Source: Chiloscyllium plagiosum
Taxonomy: Eukaryota
Length of the DNA: 64,000 nt
Direction of reading: 5' to 3'
Assembly (NCBI RefSeq): GCF_004010195.1
Contig: NC_057734.1
Coordinates: forward strand, 9,655,441-9,719,440
Shown here: in pieces, positions 1-14,035 of the stretch
How the letters are laid out: every line of letters starts with the position of its first letter
Position numbering within the stretch: position 1 is the first letter of the stretch
Notes under the pieces: model-generated
Seen by the model: only the letters and a program-made list of their open reading frames with translations
Databases searched by the model: none
Told to the model about the DNA's origin: nothing
Program-made: the position numbers and the translations under genes

Positions 1-290
1 GGGTTTACCCTGATCCTATCCGCCAACAACTTATCATGTCTCCTCCTGGCTCTTCTGAGGTCTCTCTTTATGTCTTTCCTGGCTACCTTGTAATCCTCAA
101 GCGCCCTAACTGAGCCTTCACATCTCATCCTAACATAAGCCTTCTTCTTCCTCTTGACCAGAGATTCCACTTCCTCCGTAAACCACGGCTCCCACACTCT
201 ACAACTTCCTCCCTGCCTGACAGGTACATACTTATCTAGGACACACAGTAGCTTTTCCTTGAATAAGCTCCACATTTCTAATGTGCCTAT
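1..290 (-). mobile_element. CR1 ORF2 fragment
   Basis: Minus strand reads REPWFTEEVESLVKRKKKAYVRMR...ARRRHDKLLADRIRVNP, the CR1 endonuclease-RT linker. Confidence 0.6.
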
Positions 291-3200
291 CGTGGGTTCA
301 ATTCCCACTCTAGCTGATGTTCCTGTGAAGGTCTCTCTCTCTCCATTCATCTGAGGCGTGGTGACCCTCAGGTTAAACAACTAGTAGTCATCACTCACTA
401 ATAAGCAAGTAGACATCTGGGATGGTGGTGATTATGTGATAGGACCCAGATGATTGCTGCACTCAATGTGAGTCTGCACTGTAATTGATCTCAGTATTTG
501 AAGTGGTAACGCAATAAGTGGCCTGAGGAGTTAGTGCAGAGTACTCTTACCTCAGAGTACAAATCTTTGGAGCCAAGTCTGACTCTGACAACTGGAGAGT
601 AAAATCTGCAATCAGCATTTGATCATCATGTGTGTCAATTCTCTGTTGAGATTTTGACACTGACTGCCCTTTCAGATGGACATCAAAGATCTCATGGCAA
701 CATCTCAACGTGGGCCAGGGAGTTGTCACTGATGACCTAATAAATATTATCCATGAACCAACATTGTCACATTTGAGGGACCTTGCTACATTTTTAAAAA
801 TCTTATCGTGAGATGTGGGCATCGCTGGCTTGATAAGCGTTGACTGTCCATCTCTATTGTGATGCCATTTTCCTGGATCACTGCAGCCCGGGGGGTGCTA
901 GTGCATTCACACTAGGGAGGGAAGATGGAGGATTTTGACTTTGAAGGGATGATGCCATAGTGTGCAACTTAACTGCTGCCTTTCAAAACTTTGCAACAGG
1001 ACCTGCACTTCAATGTAAGGCAGTGAGCATAAAAACCCTACAGGATACCTAGAGGCTGAGAAAGGTCTGAGATAAAAGCAAGTCTTTCTTAGTTGCGAAG
1101 ACTCTGGGGAATGCTATCCAGCGAGTCCAGCTTGAATCTGCTGGTGCGTGAGCATCGGGCATGGGCAGATTCATTCTTGACTCTGTATCTAATTCTCTTT
1201 GGTCAAGTAACTGTCAATAGTCAGCCTGTCATGCATGTAATTTCGTCCCAGCATTCCAAAAGAAGCTAAGTGGGAAGAGGCACTGAGGGGAAGTAAGTTA
1301 ACTTTAATCCCAAATAACTTGGAATTTAACAAAATGTGTAGCCCCCCACCCCAGTCCCTGTTAAGGATTTAAAAGGCTTTAATGTGAGTGAAACAACATG
1401 ACTGAGTATGGGCATTGCAGGAGAGGGAAAGGAAAGTTAATGCTGGCTGCATGAACTCAAAGTGATGTGGAATCACAGGAACTGCCTCACACTTTAGCAA
1501 TTGTAATTTCTTTCAGTACAAGCATACAGTCATATCATATCAAATCACATCAAGAAAAAAAGGGGAGTATTCAACAACAAACTGCTGAGGTACCAATCTG
1601 ACAAACACAAAAAATATTATAAATGTCACAATATCAGTAAATTTGCCAGCGTCCCACTCTGTCATTAGAGAGAACTAGCGGTAGTTTAACCTGAGGGTCA
1701 CCATGCCTCAAATGAGGGGAAAGATTGTGAAGGAGAGTCCTTTATGGTAACCTCAGCCAGGGCAGGAATCAAAACTGCTCTGTTGGCATCACTTTATGTT
1801 GTAAACCAGTTGTCCAGTGAACTAAGCTAACAATACCACAGGTAAACAGTCCTTGTGTAAGACACAATTAAGTAAATATTCTTGAACCATGGTTCAGCGT
1901 ACTTCAGGATTGAGTAGGCATGACATATTTGGAACATAATGTTTTCTAATCAACTTATTCAGCAATGCGATAATACACCACCAGAACTGGTGGGACTTGA
2001 ACCTGGGCCTCCTGGTCCAAAGTTAGGGATATGCTCTCTGCTGCTCCTACTTTCTGTGTTTCTAATTGCAAAAGGCAAACTCACCCAATAATTTCCCTTT
2101 CTGCCTCCTCCAGGGGTGGGAAGAATCATGCCCCCATTTCTAGTAATGGTGACCATGAACCTATCATCAATTATCATTCAAACCCATCAGCCCTCTGAAA
2201 TAGCCCAGCACAGAGTTACAGATGTCCTCTACAGCATGGAAATGGGCCCTCAGCCTGATTTGCCTATGCCCCCCAGTTTTCACAATTAAACTAGTCCTAT
2301 TGGCCTGCTTTTGGTCCATATCCATGTGTACCTATTCCATCCATGCACCTGTCTAAATATTTCTTTAATGGTGAAATTGTACTCGCTTCCGCCACTACCT
2401 CGGATAGCCCATTCCAGACACTCACCAACCTTACTATGAAGAAGATTGCCCCTCTAGACTCTTTTGTATCTCTCCCCCTCACCTTAAACCTATGCTCTCT
2501 AGTTTTAGACTCTCCTACCGTGGGAAAATTTGGATTGGGTACCAAGTTTAATTAGTGAGGGGCATTAGATGTTGGTCTTTCGTGTGATGCTCACATCCAA
2601 TGAAAGAATAAGTAAAAGAGAAAGGTTTGTCCACAAGACATCTAAAATAGCAATATTGTTTCTACTTGACTTTATAAATATTTTGCACTCATGTGCACAT
2701 CAAAATGTTCACATTTTTGTCACAGTTGTGTCAAGTTTCCGGTGTAAATTCATCTCTGAATACATCGAATGAAAATTGCCTGTGTACATTTGTCATTTTT
2801 GCAGGAGTGGCAAGGTCAGCATTTGTTGTCTGTGCCTAACTCCCCATGAAACGAGGAGCTTGTTATGTCATTGCAGAAGCAGGTTAAGAGTCGAACCACA
2901 TCACTGTGGGCCTGATCTCACATGTAGGCAAGACCAAGTAAGAATGGCGGATTTCCATTCCTACAGAAAATTAGTGACCCAGATGGATTGTCACAAACGC
3001 TGACAACAATCATAATTTGTCCACCTTTTAATTTCACATTTTATTAAATTCAAACTTCAATATCTGTATGGTGGGATTTGAACCCGTGTCCCCAGAACAT
3101 TAGCCTGAAGTTCTGGAGTACTCCTCTTTCCAGATCATAAAACTATTCACTGTGTTCAAGAAAATAGAGCTCATTTCATGACTGTTTCTTGTCCTAATTA

Positions 3201-4864
3201 TTTTCATTTTGTCTGTGTCTTCTGGTTAGTGACCCTCCAGCCACTGGAGGCAGTCTCTTCCTGCTACTTTTTCAGAATTATTAATTCTGACCCGAACCTC
3301 CTCTATTGTAAGGAGGGGGAAAAGCAGCCTGCCCATGTTATAGAGCCATAGAATCATACAGCACAGTAACAGACTCTTCGGTTCAAAGTCCAAACCGACC
3401 ATGTTCCCAAGTTAAAGCAGTCTCACCACTCTGCGCTTGGTCCACATCCTTCCAAACCTTTCCTGTTCATGAACTTATGCAATTGTCTTTTAAATGTTGT
3501 AACTGTACCCACATCCACCATTTTCTCTGGCAGTTCATTCCACACATGAACCACTCTCTGTGTTAAAAAAATTGCCCGTTTGTGTCCTTTTTAAATCGTT
3601 CTCTGCTCACCTTAAAAATACACTCCCCCTAGTGCCTGGTGCCCTCTGGCAAAGATAGAACACAAGGTAGCCATCCACAGAAACCATTTGCTTCCAGAAT
3701 AGTGTATTCCAAGAACAGTCCTACAGTGGAACAATCTGCAGATGGAGATCAATACATTCCCATCGTTTGGAATCCTCAAGACTCTTTATCATTCTTCAGA
3801 TTATTTCCATTTAAACCTTTTCATTCTCAGGACAACCATCTCAGAACCTCATGCCCAGTTTAATCAGCGCTACCCTCAGATACTTGGCTGGAAAATGGAT
3901 ATTAACCTGAATGTAAACATAACTGAACCTGAACAACCCCAATCATCTCATCATCCCATCCTGGCATAAAGCTTCCCAAATAACTTTGCACCATGATTTT
4001 ATTTCCAGGATACAGTACTTGATGTTACCTAAGCACATCTGAATAATTCTCCAGTAACTTCAACAGCTGCGGTTCTTGATCATCTCCATTCAAATGATGT
4101 ACTGCTTTTTTCAACATCTAATTGACAGACAACCATTCAATTTTGAAAAGTCATAACTCAGTGTGCTCAATAGTGACCAAGGGAAGGCAATGGCATAGTG
4201 GTAATGTCATTGAGCAATCCAAAAGCCCTGGGTTAATGTTCTGGGATGTGGGTTCAAATCCTGTTGCCAGCAGATGGTGAAAGCTTAATTTAAAAGAAAA
4301 CGGTAGTTGATAACATTGTTGATGAAAGCCCACCTGGTTCACTAATGACCTTTAGAGGCATAGAGTTCGACAGCATGGTAACAGACCCTTCGGTCCAACT
4401 CGTCCATGCTAACCAGATATCCTAAATTCATCTAGTCCCATTCGGCCCATATGCCTCTCAACCCTTCCTATTCATATACCAAACGAGATGCCTTTTAAAT
4501 GTTGTAATTGTACCAGCCTCCACCACTTCCTCTGGCAGCCCATTCCATACACACACCACACTCAGTGTGAAAAAGTTGCCCCTTAGGTCCCTTTTGTATC
4601 TTTCCACTCTCACCCTAAACCTATGCCCTCTAATTTTGGACTCCCCTACCCCAGGGAATTGACCTTGGCTATTCACCTGACCCTTGCTTTGGGAAAGGAA
4701 ATCTGCTGTCTTTACCAAGTCTGGCCAATATATGACTTCAGACCCACAGCAATATGGTGGACCCCTCATTTCCCATTGGGCAAATAGGAATGGTTATAAA
4801 TGCCTGCATCCATTGATGAATTTAAAATAAAAGCTGCCTGAGTGCTAAACATACGAGGACTCAC

Positions 4865-5532
4865 CTGAAAGGTATTCAGCTTTTGATGCTGTTCATGAAT
4901 CCAGATGAGGAATAAGCTGAGGAGGAACCCAATTGCAAAGAACACGATGAATAGAATGTAAGCCCACTGAGGGAGCTGGAGATGACTGACACCAAAAACC
5001 AGTATGCAGCACAGGCATATTGAACAGAGCACCATGGAGGTAACTGCGACAGTCACTATCTCCCCAGGTACAAAGTCACTAAGGAAATGTAAATAAGGCT
5101 CAAAGGAGGACTTCAGTTGGCCAGGCTCCCTTCGTTCCTTGGCTGCTTTTTGCTTCTCCACTAACTGGAGCTTATCCGAAAATGATTCATACTCCTTCAG
5201 CCCACTGCCATCCTGGGTTTGAGGACTTGGATTGGGCGGGGGTGTCTCCGAGCGCTTTATTTTGTCTGTCTGGTAGCGTAGCACGATGGTACTGGCAGCA
5301 ACAAATGTGTAAGCCAGGAGCGTTCCGATAGACAGGAACTGCACCAGGGATTCCAGGTCAAACACCATGGCCAGGATGGCCATCAGGATTCCAAACAGGA
5401 CAATGCCGATCACTGGAACCTTAGTGACTGGGTTCACTCGCGCAAATACCTTGAAGAGTAGGCCATCCTCAGACATGGCGTACGCAATCCGCGGGACAGA
5501 AAACAGGTTGCAGAGGAGGACTGTGTTCATTG
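4865..5532 (-). CDS. SLC7A4: SLC7A4 second coding exon (668 nt)
   Basis: Pyrimidine-rich ...ttcaag acceptor; phase matches the previous exon (G+CA = Ala). Reads AMNTVLLCNLFSVPRIAYAMSEDGLLF...LVQFLSIGTLLAYTFVA...TFQ and ends CAG|GTGAGT. The remaining C-terminal exons were not found in 1-4800. Confidence 0.92.
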
Positions 5533-7184
5533 CTTGAAGATAAGGGGGAAAGAAATAATAATCAGAAGACGTTTCAAGATAGACAACATCTAATCATTTA
5601 TTTCTGTATCTCACCTCATCTTGTTCTTATACTGATTTGAAGTTAGTGACTTAGGTTTTAACAAAGACACCATTTAATCCTGAACTTCAGGAGTGAAATT
5701 GAAAAACACACATCAACACCCAGAGGGTGATGTAGATGTGTGGAACTCTCATCTGCAAAGAACAGTTGATACTAGATCAATTGTTAATTATAAAATTGTG
5801 ATTGATAGATTTTTAGTTTATTAAAAGTATTAAGAGATGTGGGGCAAAATTGCATCTATGGGTTTAGGTTGCAAATCAGCAATGATATCTTGAATGGTGG
5901 TGAGGACCTATGAGGGGAAGAATGCCACTGGCTAGACCAGCATTTATTGCCCTTTTCTAACTGCCCTGGAGAAAACTTGAATTGCGATAGTGCTTGGGGT
6001 GCACCCATGTTGCAGTCAAGGAGAGAGCTGTAGGACTTTGGCCCAATCATGAGGGGCATGGATAGGATAAATAGACAAAGTCTTTTCCCTGGGGTTGGGG
6101 AGTCCAGAACGAGGTTTAGGGTGAGAGGGGAAAGATATAAAAGAGACCTAAGGGGCAACGTTTTCACACAGAGGGTGGTACGTGTATGGAATGAGCTGTC
6201 AGAGGAAGTGGTAGAGGCTGGTACAATTGCAACATTTAAAAGGCATCTGATAGGTATATGAATAGGAAGGGATTGGAGGGATATGGGCCAGGTGCTGGCA
6301 GGTGGGACTAGATTAGGTTGGGATATCTAGTTGGCATGGATGAGTTGGACCGAAGGGTCTGTTTCAGTGCTGAACATCTCTATGACTCTACGACAATGAA
6401 GGGTTGTGAGAAGCAAGTAAGTGAGACTAATTAAATTATTCTTTAAAAGAACCAAATGTTGGGCCAAATGGCCTTCATATCCACTTGAATAAAAATCTTG
6501 AATTAAACTTTGGTTTCTTTAATCGTGATTGTGAAACCACCAAATATGGTGAAAACTCATTTAGTTCACTGGTGCCCCACGACGAAAGAAATCGGCTGTC
6601 CTTACCTGGTCTGGTCTACATGAGGCTTTGAAATGGTTTCACAAGATGTTAAGGAAATCACATGGAGTGCAACAGTTAAAGGAGGCAGCTCGCCACCATC
6701 TTCTCAGGGAAATTAGGGATGGCTAGAGGGGTTACATTTGTTATGTTCACATCTGATTGGATCTCCCTAGAATCTAGAGAATTTTAGAAAATTGACACCA
6801 ACTACCCTGAAGATGAATACATTAGGAGCTGGAGACCTGTCAACTTGCAACTCCATCAGTTTGCTCAACACCATTTCCCTCACAAGTGCAATTCCCAATT
6901 TACAGCTACTATTGATTTTTCTTTTTTTTTGCTTTCTCTACAGTGAAGACAGCAATGTCTGCCTGCCATTATAACACAGAAAGCAGGAGTAAGATGCAAT
7001 AGTCTCTGTTTGTCTGTCTGAATGCAGCTCCAACATCCCTCAAGAAGATCAACACCATCCAGGAAAAATTTAGTTAACTTGATTGGCACCACATCCAAAG
7101 CAATCTTATGTCATCTACAAGATGCACTGAAGCAACTCACCAAGACCCTGTTGAGAACACCTTCTATCAACTCATGACCAGGCA

Positions 7185-9435
7185 TTCATGAGGAGCTGTG
7201 GGCCATCAACAGCAACAGAATTGAACTCCAGTACAATCTGTAACCTCATGGCCCAGCATATCCCCCACTCCACCATTACTGTCAAGCCAGGGGATCAACT
7301 CTGGTTCAATGGAGAGTGCAGGAGGGCGTGCCAGGAGCAGTGTGGATAGAATGTGGCACTGGAAAAAGCACAACAGGTCAGGCAGCATCTGAGGAGGAGG
7401 AGAGTCGACATTTTGGCCAGGACCCTTCATCAGGACTGGGGAGAGGTTTGAGGCTGGGGGAGAGGTAGGTGGGATGACGATAGGTGCCCCTTAGCACTAA
7501 GCCAGGAACATCATCAGGCGTACCTGAAGATGAGGTGTTAACCTGGTGAAGCCACCAAGCAGGGCTACCTGCCAAAAAGCAGAAGCAGCAGGTGATAGAC
7601 AGAGCTAAGCGATCCCATAACCAATGGATCAGATCTAAGCTCTGCAGTCCTACCACATCCAGGCATGGATGGTGGTGGATGATTAAACAACTCACTCGAG
7701 GAGGAGGCTCCATAGATATCCCCACCCTCGATGATGGAAGAGCCCAGCACATCAGTGCAAAAGATAAGGCTGAAGCTTTCGCAGTAATCTTCAGTCAGAC
7801 GTGCCAATAGATGATTCATTTGGGCCTCCTCCAGTGGACTCCAGCATTACAGATACCAGTCTTCAGCCAATTCGATTCACTCCATGTGATATCAAGAAAC
7901 AGTTGGAGGCACTGGATACTGCAAAGGCTTTTGGGACCTGACAACCTGTGCTCCAGAACCTGCCACTCCCCTAGCCAAGCTGTTCCAGTACAGTTACAAC
8001 ACTAGCATCTACACTACAATGTGGAAAGTTGCTCAACTATGTCCTGTACATAAAAAGCAGGTCAAATCCAACCCAGCCAATTACCGCCCCACCAGTCTAC
8101 TGCTAATCATCCGTCAAGCGATGGAAGGTTATCAACAGTGCTATCATACAGCACCTGCTCAGCAATAACCTGCTCAAGTGACGCCAGTTTGGGTCCTGCC
8201 AAGACCACTCAGCTCCTGACCTCATTATAGCCTTGGTTCAAACATGGACAAAAGAGTTGAATTCCAGAGGTGGGGTGAGAGTGATTGCCCTTGACATGAT
8301 GGCTGCATTCGACTGGGTGTGACATCACGGAGCCCTCACGAAACCGGGATCAATAGATATCGGGGTAAATTGTCTTGTGGTTAGAGTCATAACTGACATA
8401 TTGGAAGATGGTTGTGGCTGTTGGAGGTCAGACAACTCAGCTCCAAGACATCTCCACAGGAGTCCCTCAGGGTAGTGTCTTAGGCCCAAACATCTTCAGT
8501 TGCTTTGTCAAATACCTTCCTGCCATCATAAGGTCAGAAGTGGGAATGTTCACCGATGATTGCACAAAGTTCAGCACCATTCACTACTCCTCAGATCCTG
8601 AAGCCATCTGTGTCCAAATGCAACAAGATCTAGACAATATCCAGGCTTGGGCTGACAAGTGGCAAGTAATATTCACATCACACAAATGACAGGCTATGAC
8701 CATCACTAACAAGGGACAATCTAACCACCATCCCTGACATTCAATGTTGTTATCATCACTGAATCCCCCAACATCAACATCCTGGGAGTTATCATTCATC
8801 AGAAACTCAACTGGACTCACCACATAAACACAGCGGCTACAAGAGCAGGTCAGAGGCTCAGAATACTGCTGTGAATAACTCATCTCCTGACTCCCCAAAG
8901 CCTGTCCACAATCTACAAGGCACAAGTCAGGAGTGTATTGGAATGCTCTTCACTTGCATGGATGGGTGCAGCTCCAACAACACTCAAGAAGCTTGACATC
9001 ATCTAGGACAAAGCAGCTCGCTTAATTGGCACCACATCCACAAGCATCCACTCCCTCCATCACTGACACTCAAGTAGCAGCAGTGTGTACTACCTACAAG
9101 ATGCACTACAGAAATTCACCAACAATCCTCAGACTGCACCTTCCAAATCTACAAACACTTCCATCTAGAAAGACAAAGGCAACAGACATATGAGAACACC
9201 AGCACCTTCAACTTTCCCTCCAAGCCACTCACCATTCTGACTTGGAAATATATCGCCATTCCTTGTTCCTTCACTGTCATTGGGTTAAAATCCTGGAGGC
9301 ATTGTGGGTTAAGCCACAGCAGGCGGAATGTATCGGTTCAAGAAGGCAGCTCACCTCCACTTTTTCAAGGGCAACTGGAACGGGCAATAAATGCTGGCCA
9401 GCCAGCGACGCCCACATCCCACAAAATAAATTAAA
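7185..9435 (+). mobile_element. Degenerate CR1/L2-superclade LINE ORF2 (RT) with 3' tail; interrupted by a Penelope-tail fragment at ~7342-7495
   Basis: RT motifs NPANYRP, IALD..AAFD.V.H, GVPQGSVLGP, MFTDD, QQDLDNIQAWADKWQV, with many stops and frameshifts. Confidence 0.85.
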
Positions 9436-10496
9436 AAGCTGGCAAGTCTACCATCTAGAAGGACAAGGGCAGCAAATGCTCAGGAACATTATTACTAGAA
9501 TTCCCTCTAAATCCCTCATTATCCTGAATTATCGCCAATTGAGTAACCATTCTGAAAGTCCCTTTCTAACAGCACTCAATGGCTGATGTAACTTAAGAAT
9601 GCAATTCACAACCATCTTCCAGGACAGTTAGGGATGGACAATAAATTTTGGTCTGGCCAGTGATGCCTTCAGCCCATGAATGAATTTTGAAGAAGTTTTA
9701 TTTCTTTCTATTGATATCATGGCTACTTACATTACTTGTTCAATTCATTTTCAATCTTGATGGCTTATAAACCAATAAAACGATAGGCATGATGGGCCAA
9801 AGCCCACTCTTGTTTGCTGTCTCTTTGCAATGATCTTCCATCGTAGTTTCTCAAGAAGCACAGATCTCTCGCTTTCCAGGGTAATGTACATTACAACATT
9901 CTTACGCCATGCCACGTTCAGGTCTGCATTAATGTTGAGACTCACCATAAGAATAAATGGAAACGGACCAGTTAAAGATCTGGTTTAATGCTGTGTATCT
10001 TGGACGATTGGGAGAGTTATCCAGAACGAAAACAAACTCTTTGGTCCAACCAGTCCGTGCTGCACGTAATCCCAAACTAACCTAACCCCACCTGCCTGCT
10101 CCTGGCCCATATCCTTCCAAACTTTTCCTATTCACATACAGTATTTATCCAAATGTCTTTTAAACGCATTAATTGTGCTCACATCCACCACTTCCTCAGT
10201 CCACACACAAACCACCCTCTGTGTAAAACATTTGCCCCTCATGTCATTTTTACATGTCCCTCTTCTCCCCTTAAATATGTGTCCCATGTTTGACAAAAAA
10301 TGAACAAGAGGAGCAAGATGTCATTGGCTATGCTTTGAGCACGTGCTTTGACTCAAAGGCTTGGACATTGCCCTGCTAAGCACACACTGTGGGAAAAGTA
10401 AATTAAAAACCCACTCAAACATACAAATAAGAAACCAGAGAAGGCCACTCGGCCCTTTGAGCCTGTGCCATTATTCAATAAGATACTCAATTAAGG

Positions 10497-10805
10497 GTGA
10501 AATGGTGGCTCACTGGTTCGCACTGCTACTGCACAGCGCCAGGGACCCAGGTTCGATTCCAACTTCTGTGTGGAGTTTGTACATTCCCCCTGTGTCTGTG
10601 TGGGTTTCCTCCCACAATCCAAAGATGTGCAGGTTAGATGGATTGGCCATGCTAAATTGCCTTTGGTGTCCAGGGATGTGTGGGTTAGGTGCATTAGTCA
10701 GGGGTAAATGTAAAGTAGTAGGAGAATAGATCTGGGTGGGTTACTCTTTAGAGGGTTGGTGTGGACTTGTTGGGCCAAAGAGCCTGTTTCCACACTGTAG
10801 GGAAT
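10497..10805 (+). mobile_element. V-SINE (HE1-like)
   Basis: GGTGGCTCACTGGTT...GGTTCGATTCC head, V-domain and tail. Confidence 0.8.
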
Positions 10806-11223
10806 TCTATATAAAGAAAATACTGTGGCCGATCTGACTTTAATCTCAACTCTACTTGCTGAATATCCCTGATAATCTTTCATCCCATTGATCATGAAGA
10901 ATCTATCTACCTCTGTCTTAATAATATTTAAAGATACTGCATCCACTGCCTTTCGAGGAAGGGATTTCCAAAGACTCACAATCCTCTGAGAGAAAACGTT
11001 TCCTTACCTCTGTCTTAAATGGGCGGCCCCTTATTTTTTAAATGGGATTCTAGATTGTCTCACAGGAGGAAACATCCTTTCAACATCCGCCCAGTAAAAT
11101 CCCCTAAGGGTCTTATATATTTCAGTGAACTCAACTCCGACACTTCTAAACTCCAGAGGATTCAGGCCCAGCCTGCCTAGTCTTCCCTCATGATTCAATC
11201 TGCACAGATTGCCAAACACTCAC

Positions 11224-12205
11224 CACAAATAGATCCGACAGCCACGATGAATCCAGCCCAGGCATAGCCTCTCCTGTAGAAGGCATCTGAGAGAGCTGAG
11301 TCTGGGTTCAGGCTGTGCCAAGGTACCATCAGGGTGAGGGCTGCAGAGACCAAAGTGTACGCCAAAGTGGCCAGACCCAAGGAAAGAGCCGTCGCGATAG
11401 GGACGGCCTTTTGAGGGTTCCGAGCTTCTTCGCTGGATGCGGCGATGACATCGAATCCGACAAACGCGTAGAAGCAGGTCGCTGATCCAGCCATGATGCC
11501 CGAGAATCCGAAGGGAGAGAAGCCACCCTCCGCAGCACTGAAGTTCCTCGGGTCGGCCAGGATGAAGCCGAATATCAGAATGAAGAGGATCACTCCCATG
11601 CTCACCACCGCAAACAGGTGGTTCATCCAAGAGGCCACTTTGGCCCCGCAAGTGATGAATGCTGTAGCAACGAGCAATATGGCGGCCGCGAGCAGATCGG
11701 GGTTGGGGGCAAGGAGGGGCACATTCCACTTGCCAATGTGCGTTTCGGTGAAATTCTGAATCTTGTGATTGAAGATGGAGTCCAGGTAGCCACTCCAAGC
11801 CCTGGCCACTGCTGCCCCGCCAATCACGTACTCCAGAATGACGTTCCAGCCAATCAGGAAGGCCCAGATCTCGCCCACTGAGACGTAGGTGAACATGTAG
11901 GCGGAGCCCGTCTTTGGCACACGGGAGCCAAACTCGGCGTAGCACAAAGCAGCCAGCAGAGATGCGAAACCTGCAAAGATGTAGGAGAGGATAATGGCGG
12001 GGCCCGCCACGTCTTTGGCAACCGCACCCGTCAGGACGTAAAGGCCGGAGCCAACCATACCCCCAAAGCCAAGCAACGTCAGGTCCAGAGTGGACAGGCA
12101 CCTATTCAGGGCAGTCTCCATCATATCTGCCTCGAGGGTTTTGACCCTGTTCAGTTTCTGGCAGAATCGAGCCAGTGAGCTACAGCCGGGTAACCTGCTC
12201 ACCAT
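11224..12205 (-). CDS. SLC7A4: Cationic amino acid transporter 4 (CAT-4), first coding exon (982 nt, ends in phase 1)
   Basis: ORF MVSRLPGCSSLARFCQKLNRVKTLE...LGFGGMVGSGLYVLTG...CYAEFGSRVPKTGSAYMFTY...CFYAFVGFDVIAASSEEARNP, typical of the APC/CAT family; the N-terminus resembles CAT-4. GTGAGT donor follows 11224 on the minus strand. Confidence 0.93.
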
Positions 12206-12396
12206 TGTTCCCCTTACCGTCTCTGTGATATTCTGTGTTAAAGGTATGGGCTGGAGTTGGTGACTTAGTTTATCAGTATCTCATTCTATACTCTGAAGCT
12301 GCAGAGAAAACCTCATTTCTGAAAGATGAGAATCGCAGATCTGTGGAAAACAAAATAAACAAAACAATGTTAATGGTTGAGAATTACTATCCATCT

Positions 12397-12702
12397 CTAA
12401 ACCTAAACTTAATCCTAACCATAACCCTGACATGACCTCTAACACTGACACTAAACTTAACCTTAACCCTGACCCAACCATGACACTAACCCCAACTCTG
12501 ACCCTAACCATGACACTAGCCCTAACATTAACCCTAAACTTAACCCTAACCTTAACCCTGACCCTAACCATGACACTAACCCTGACCCTGACCCTGACCC
12601 TAACCCTAACCATGACATTAACTCTAACTCTGACCCTAACCATGACACTAGCCCTAACATTAACCCTAAACTTAACCCTAAACTTAACCCTGACCCTAAC
12701 TC
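12397..12702. repeat. Degenerate telomere-like hexamer array (CCCTAA/CCCTGA/CCATGA/CACTAA variants)
   Basis: About 50 hexamers; explains the spurious (VR)n and (LT)n ORFs in the track. Confidence 0.85.
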
Positions 12703-14035
12703 TATCTTGGCTGCCCAGAAGAAGCTCTCAGGTAATTTTATTCATTGTGATTGTCTGATGGACAGTCATTAGCTTAAGGGCCATGCTGTGACATCTTTTG
12801 GTGTGAGTGTATGCCAATCTGAGTGTGCACCATCTAACAGTTGGCACAATGGCCAGGAGCATGCCATTCTCATTGGCAAGGGAAGGAGGGGTCTCTGGCA
12901 GCAGACACCACTTGTTGATCTCATCATCTTCCCTTTATAGTCAAAGTTGAAAGCATGCAATGAATTATTGCATTATTTCCATAAACCCTTGGACAGTGTA
13001 TGTATAAAAATAATTGAAGCAAGAATTACTTACTTTTAACACAAAATATTTGCTCAGTCTGTATAACACAGTTCACACACTCCACCTCCACAATTTCCAG
13101 CCTACAGTTAAACAGTTATTGAGGTCATCATCTTTGCGGCCACCACAAGCTCTGTGCTGTTACAATTAATATTATGTCTTTCCCCTTCCTCCTAGTCCTT
13201 CCACTTCCCCTCCCCCTCCAGGTAACTGCTCACAACCTCGATGTCCTGTTATAGCCTCACCCAATGGCTACAGTGCAGAATCCATGCGGACTTTCTTCAG
13301 AAATGATTTATCGAACCCCACTCTCTGGTCCTCCTTCTGTAACCTTGCTTTTCTTTTCTCATCAGGTGATTTCTCATCAAGCCATGATTGAACCTTGCTT
13401 CCATCATACTCTCAGACAATACGTTACAGATTCTAGCCACAGGCTCAATAAAAAAAGCTCTATCTCAGATCCTTTTTTGATTGTTCTGCCCTGTACCTTA
13501 AATTTGTCTCCTTCACTTTTTGATCCTTCTATAGTCTCTCTATTTACTCTGTCGAGATACTCATAACCTTCAATGCCGCTCAACTGTCTGCTCTCTGTGG
13601 AGAACAACTTCAGCTTCCCTACTCTATCTGGTTGGAACTCCTCATTCCTGGAACCATTTGCAGAAACCATTTTCACACCTAGCTCTAAAATCCTCACATG
13701 TTTCCTTGTGGTCTGCTGCCAGAATTGGACGCAATATTCCCCCTGGGGGCAAACCAGTGTTTTATCAAGATTTGTTCTTATTGTTTCCTCTTATGGTTCA
13801 CCCCAAGCTGAGCTTTCAACTTTGTCTCAAGACCAGCGTGAATGTCTGCTTCCCCACTGCCCCTTCTATCCAGCCTATCAGCCACTGGAAACCTAAGCCA
13901 GACCCTTCACGCTTGGCATTCTGACAATGCCCAGTCCTGCTAGATGAACAGCTCCACAGCATCCAGCAAACTCTTCCCAACTGAATGTTCTTCCACGTGG
14001 AAGGGTCAAAATTCCACATTGGCAAGGGAAATGAA

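Noticed and set aside
1-4800. Remaining SLC7A4 C-terminal exons
   Set aside because: No VP.VP..P..S / TW.RF / YFGYG-like coding segment was found by eye; they probably lie left of the window.
10497-10565. tRNA gene-like A/B boxes (also at other SINE heads)
   Set aside because: Heads of V-SINEs; no complete cloverleaf.
11220-12101. 293-aa alternative-frame ORF and antisense ORFs overlapping the SLC7A4 exon
   Set aside because: Shadow frames of a GC-rich coding exon; no recognisable domain.
12281-12758. (VR)n, (LT)n and (LG)n ORFs
   Set aside because: Translations of the hexamer repeat array.
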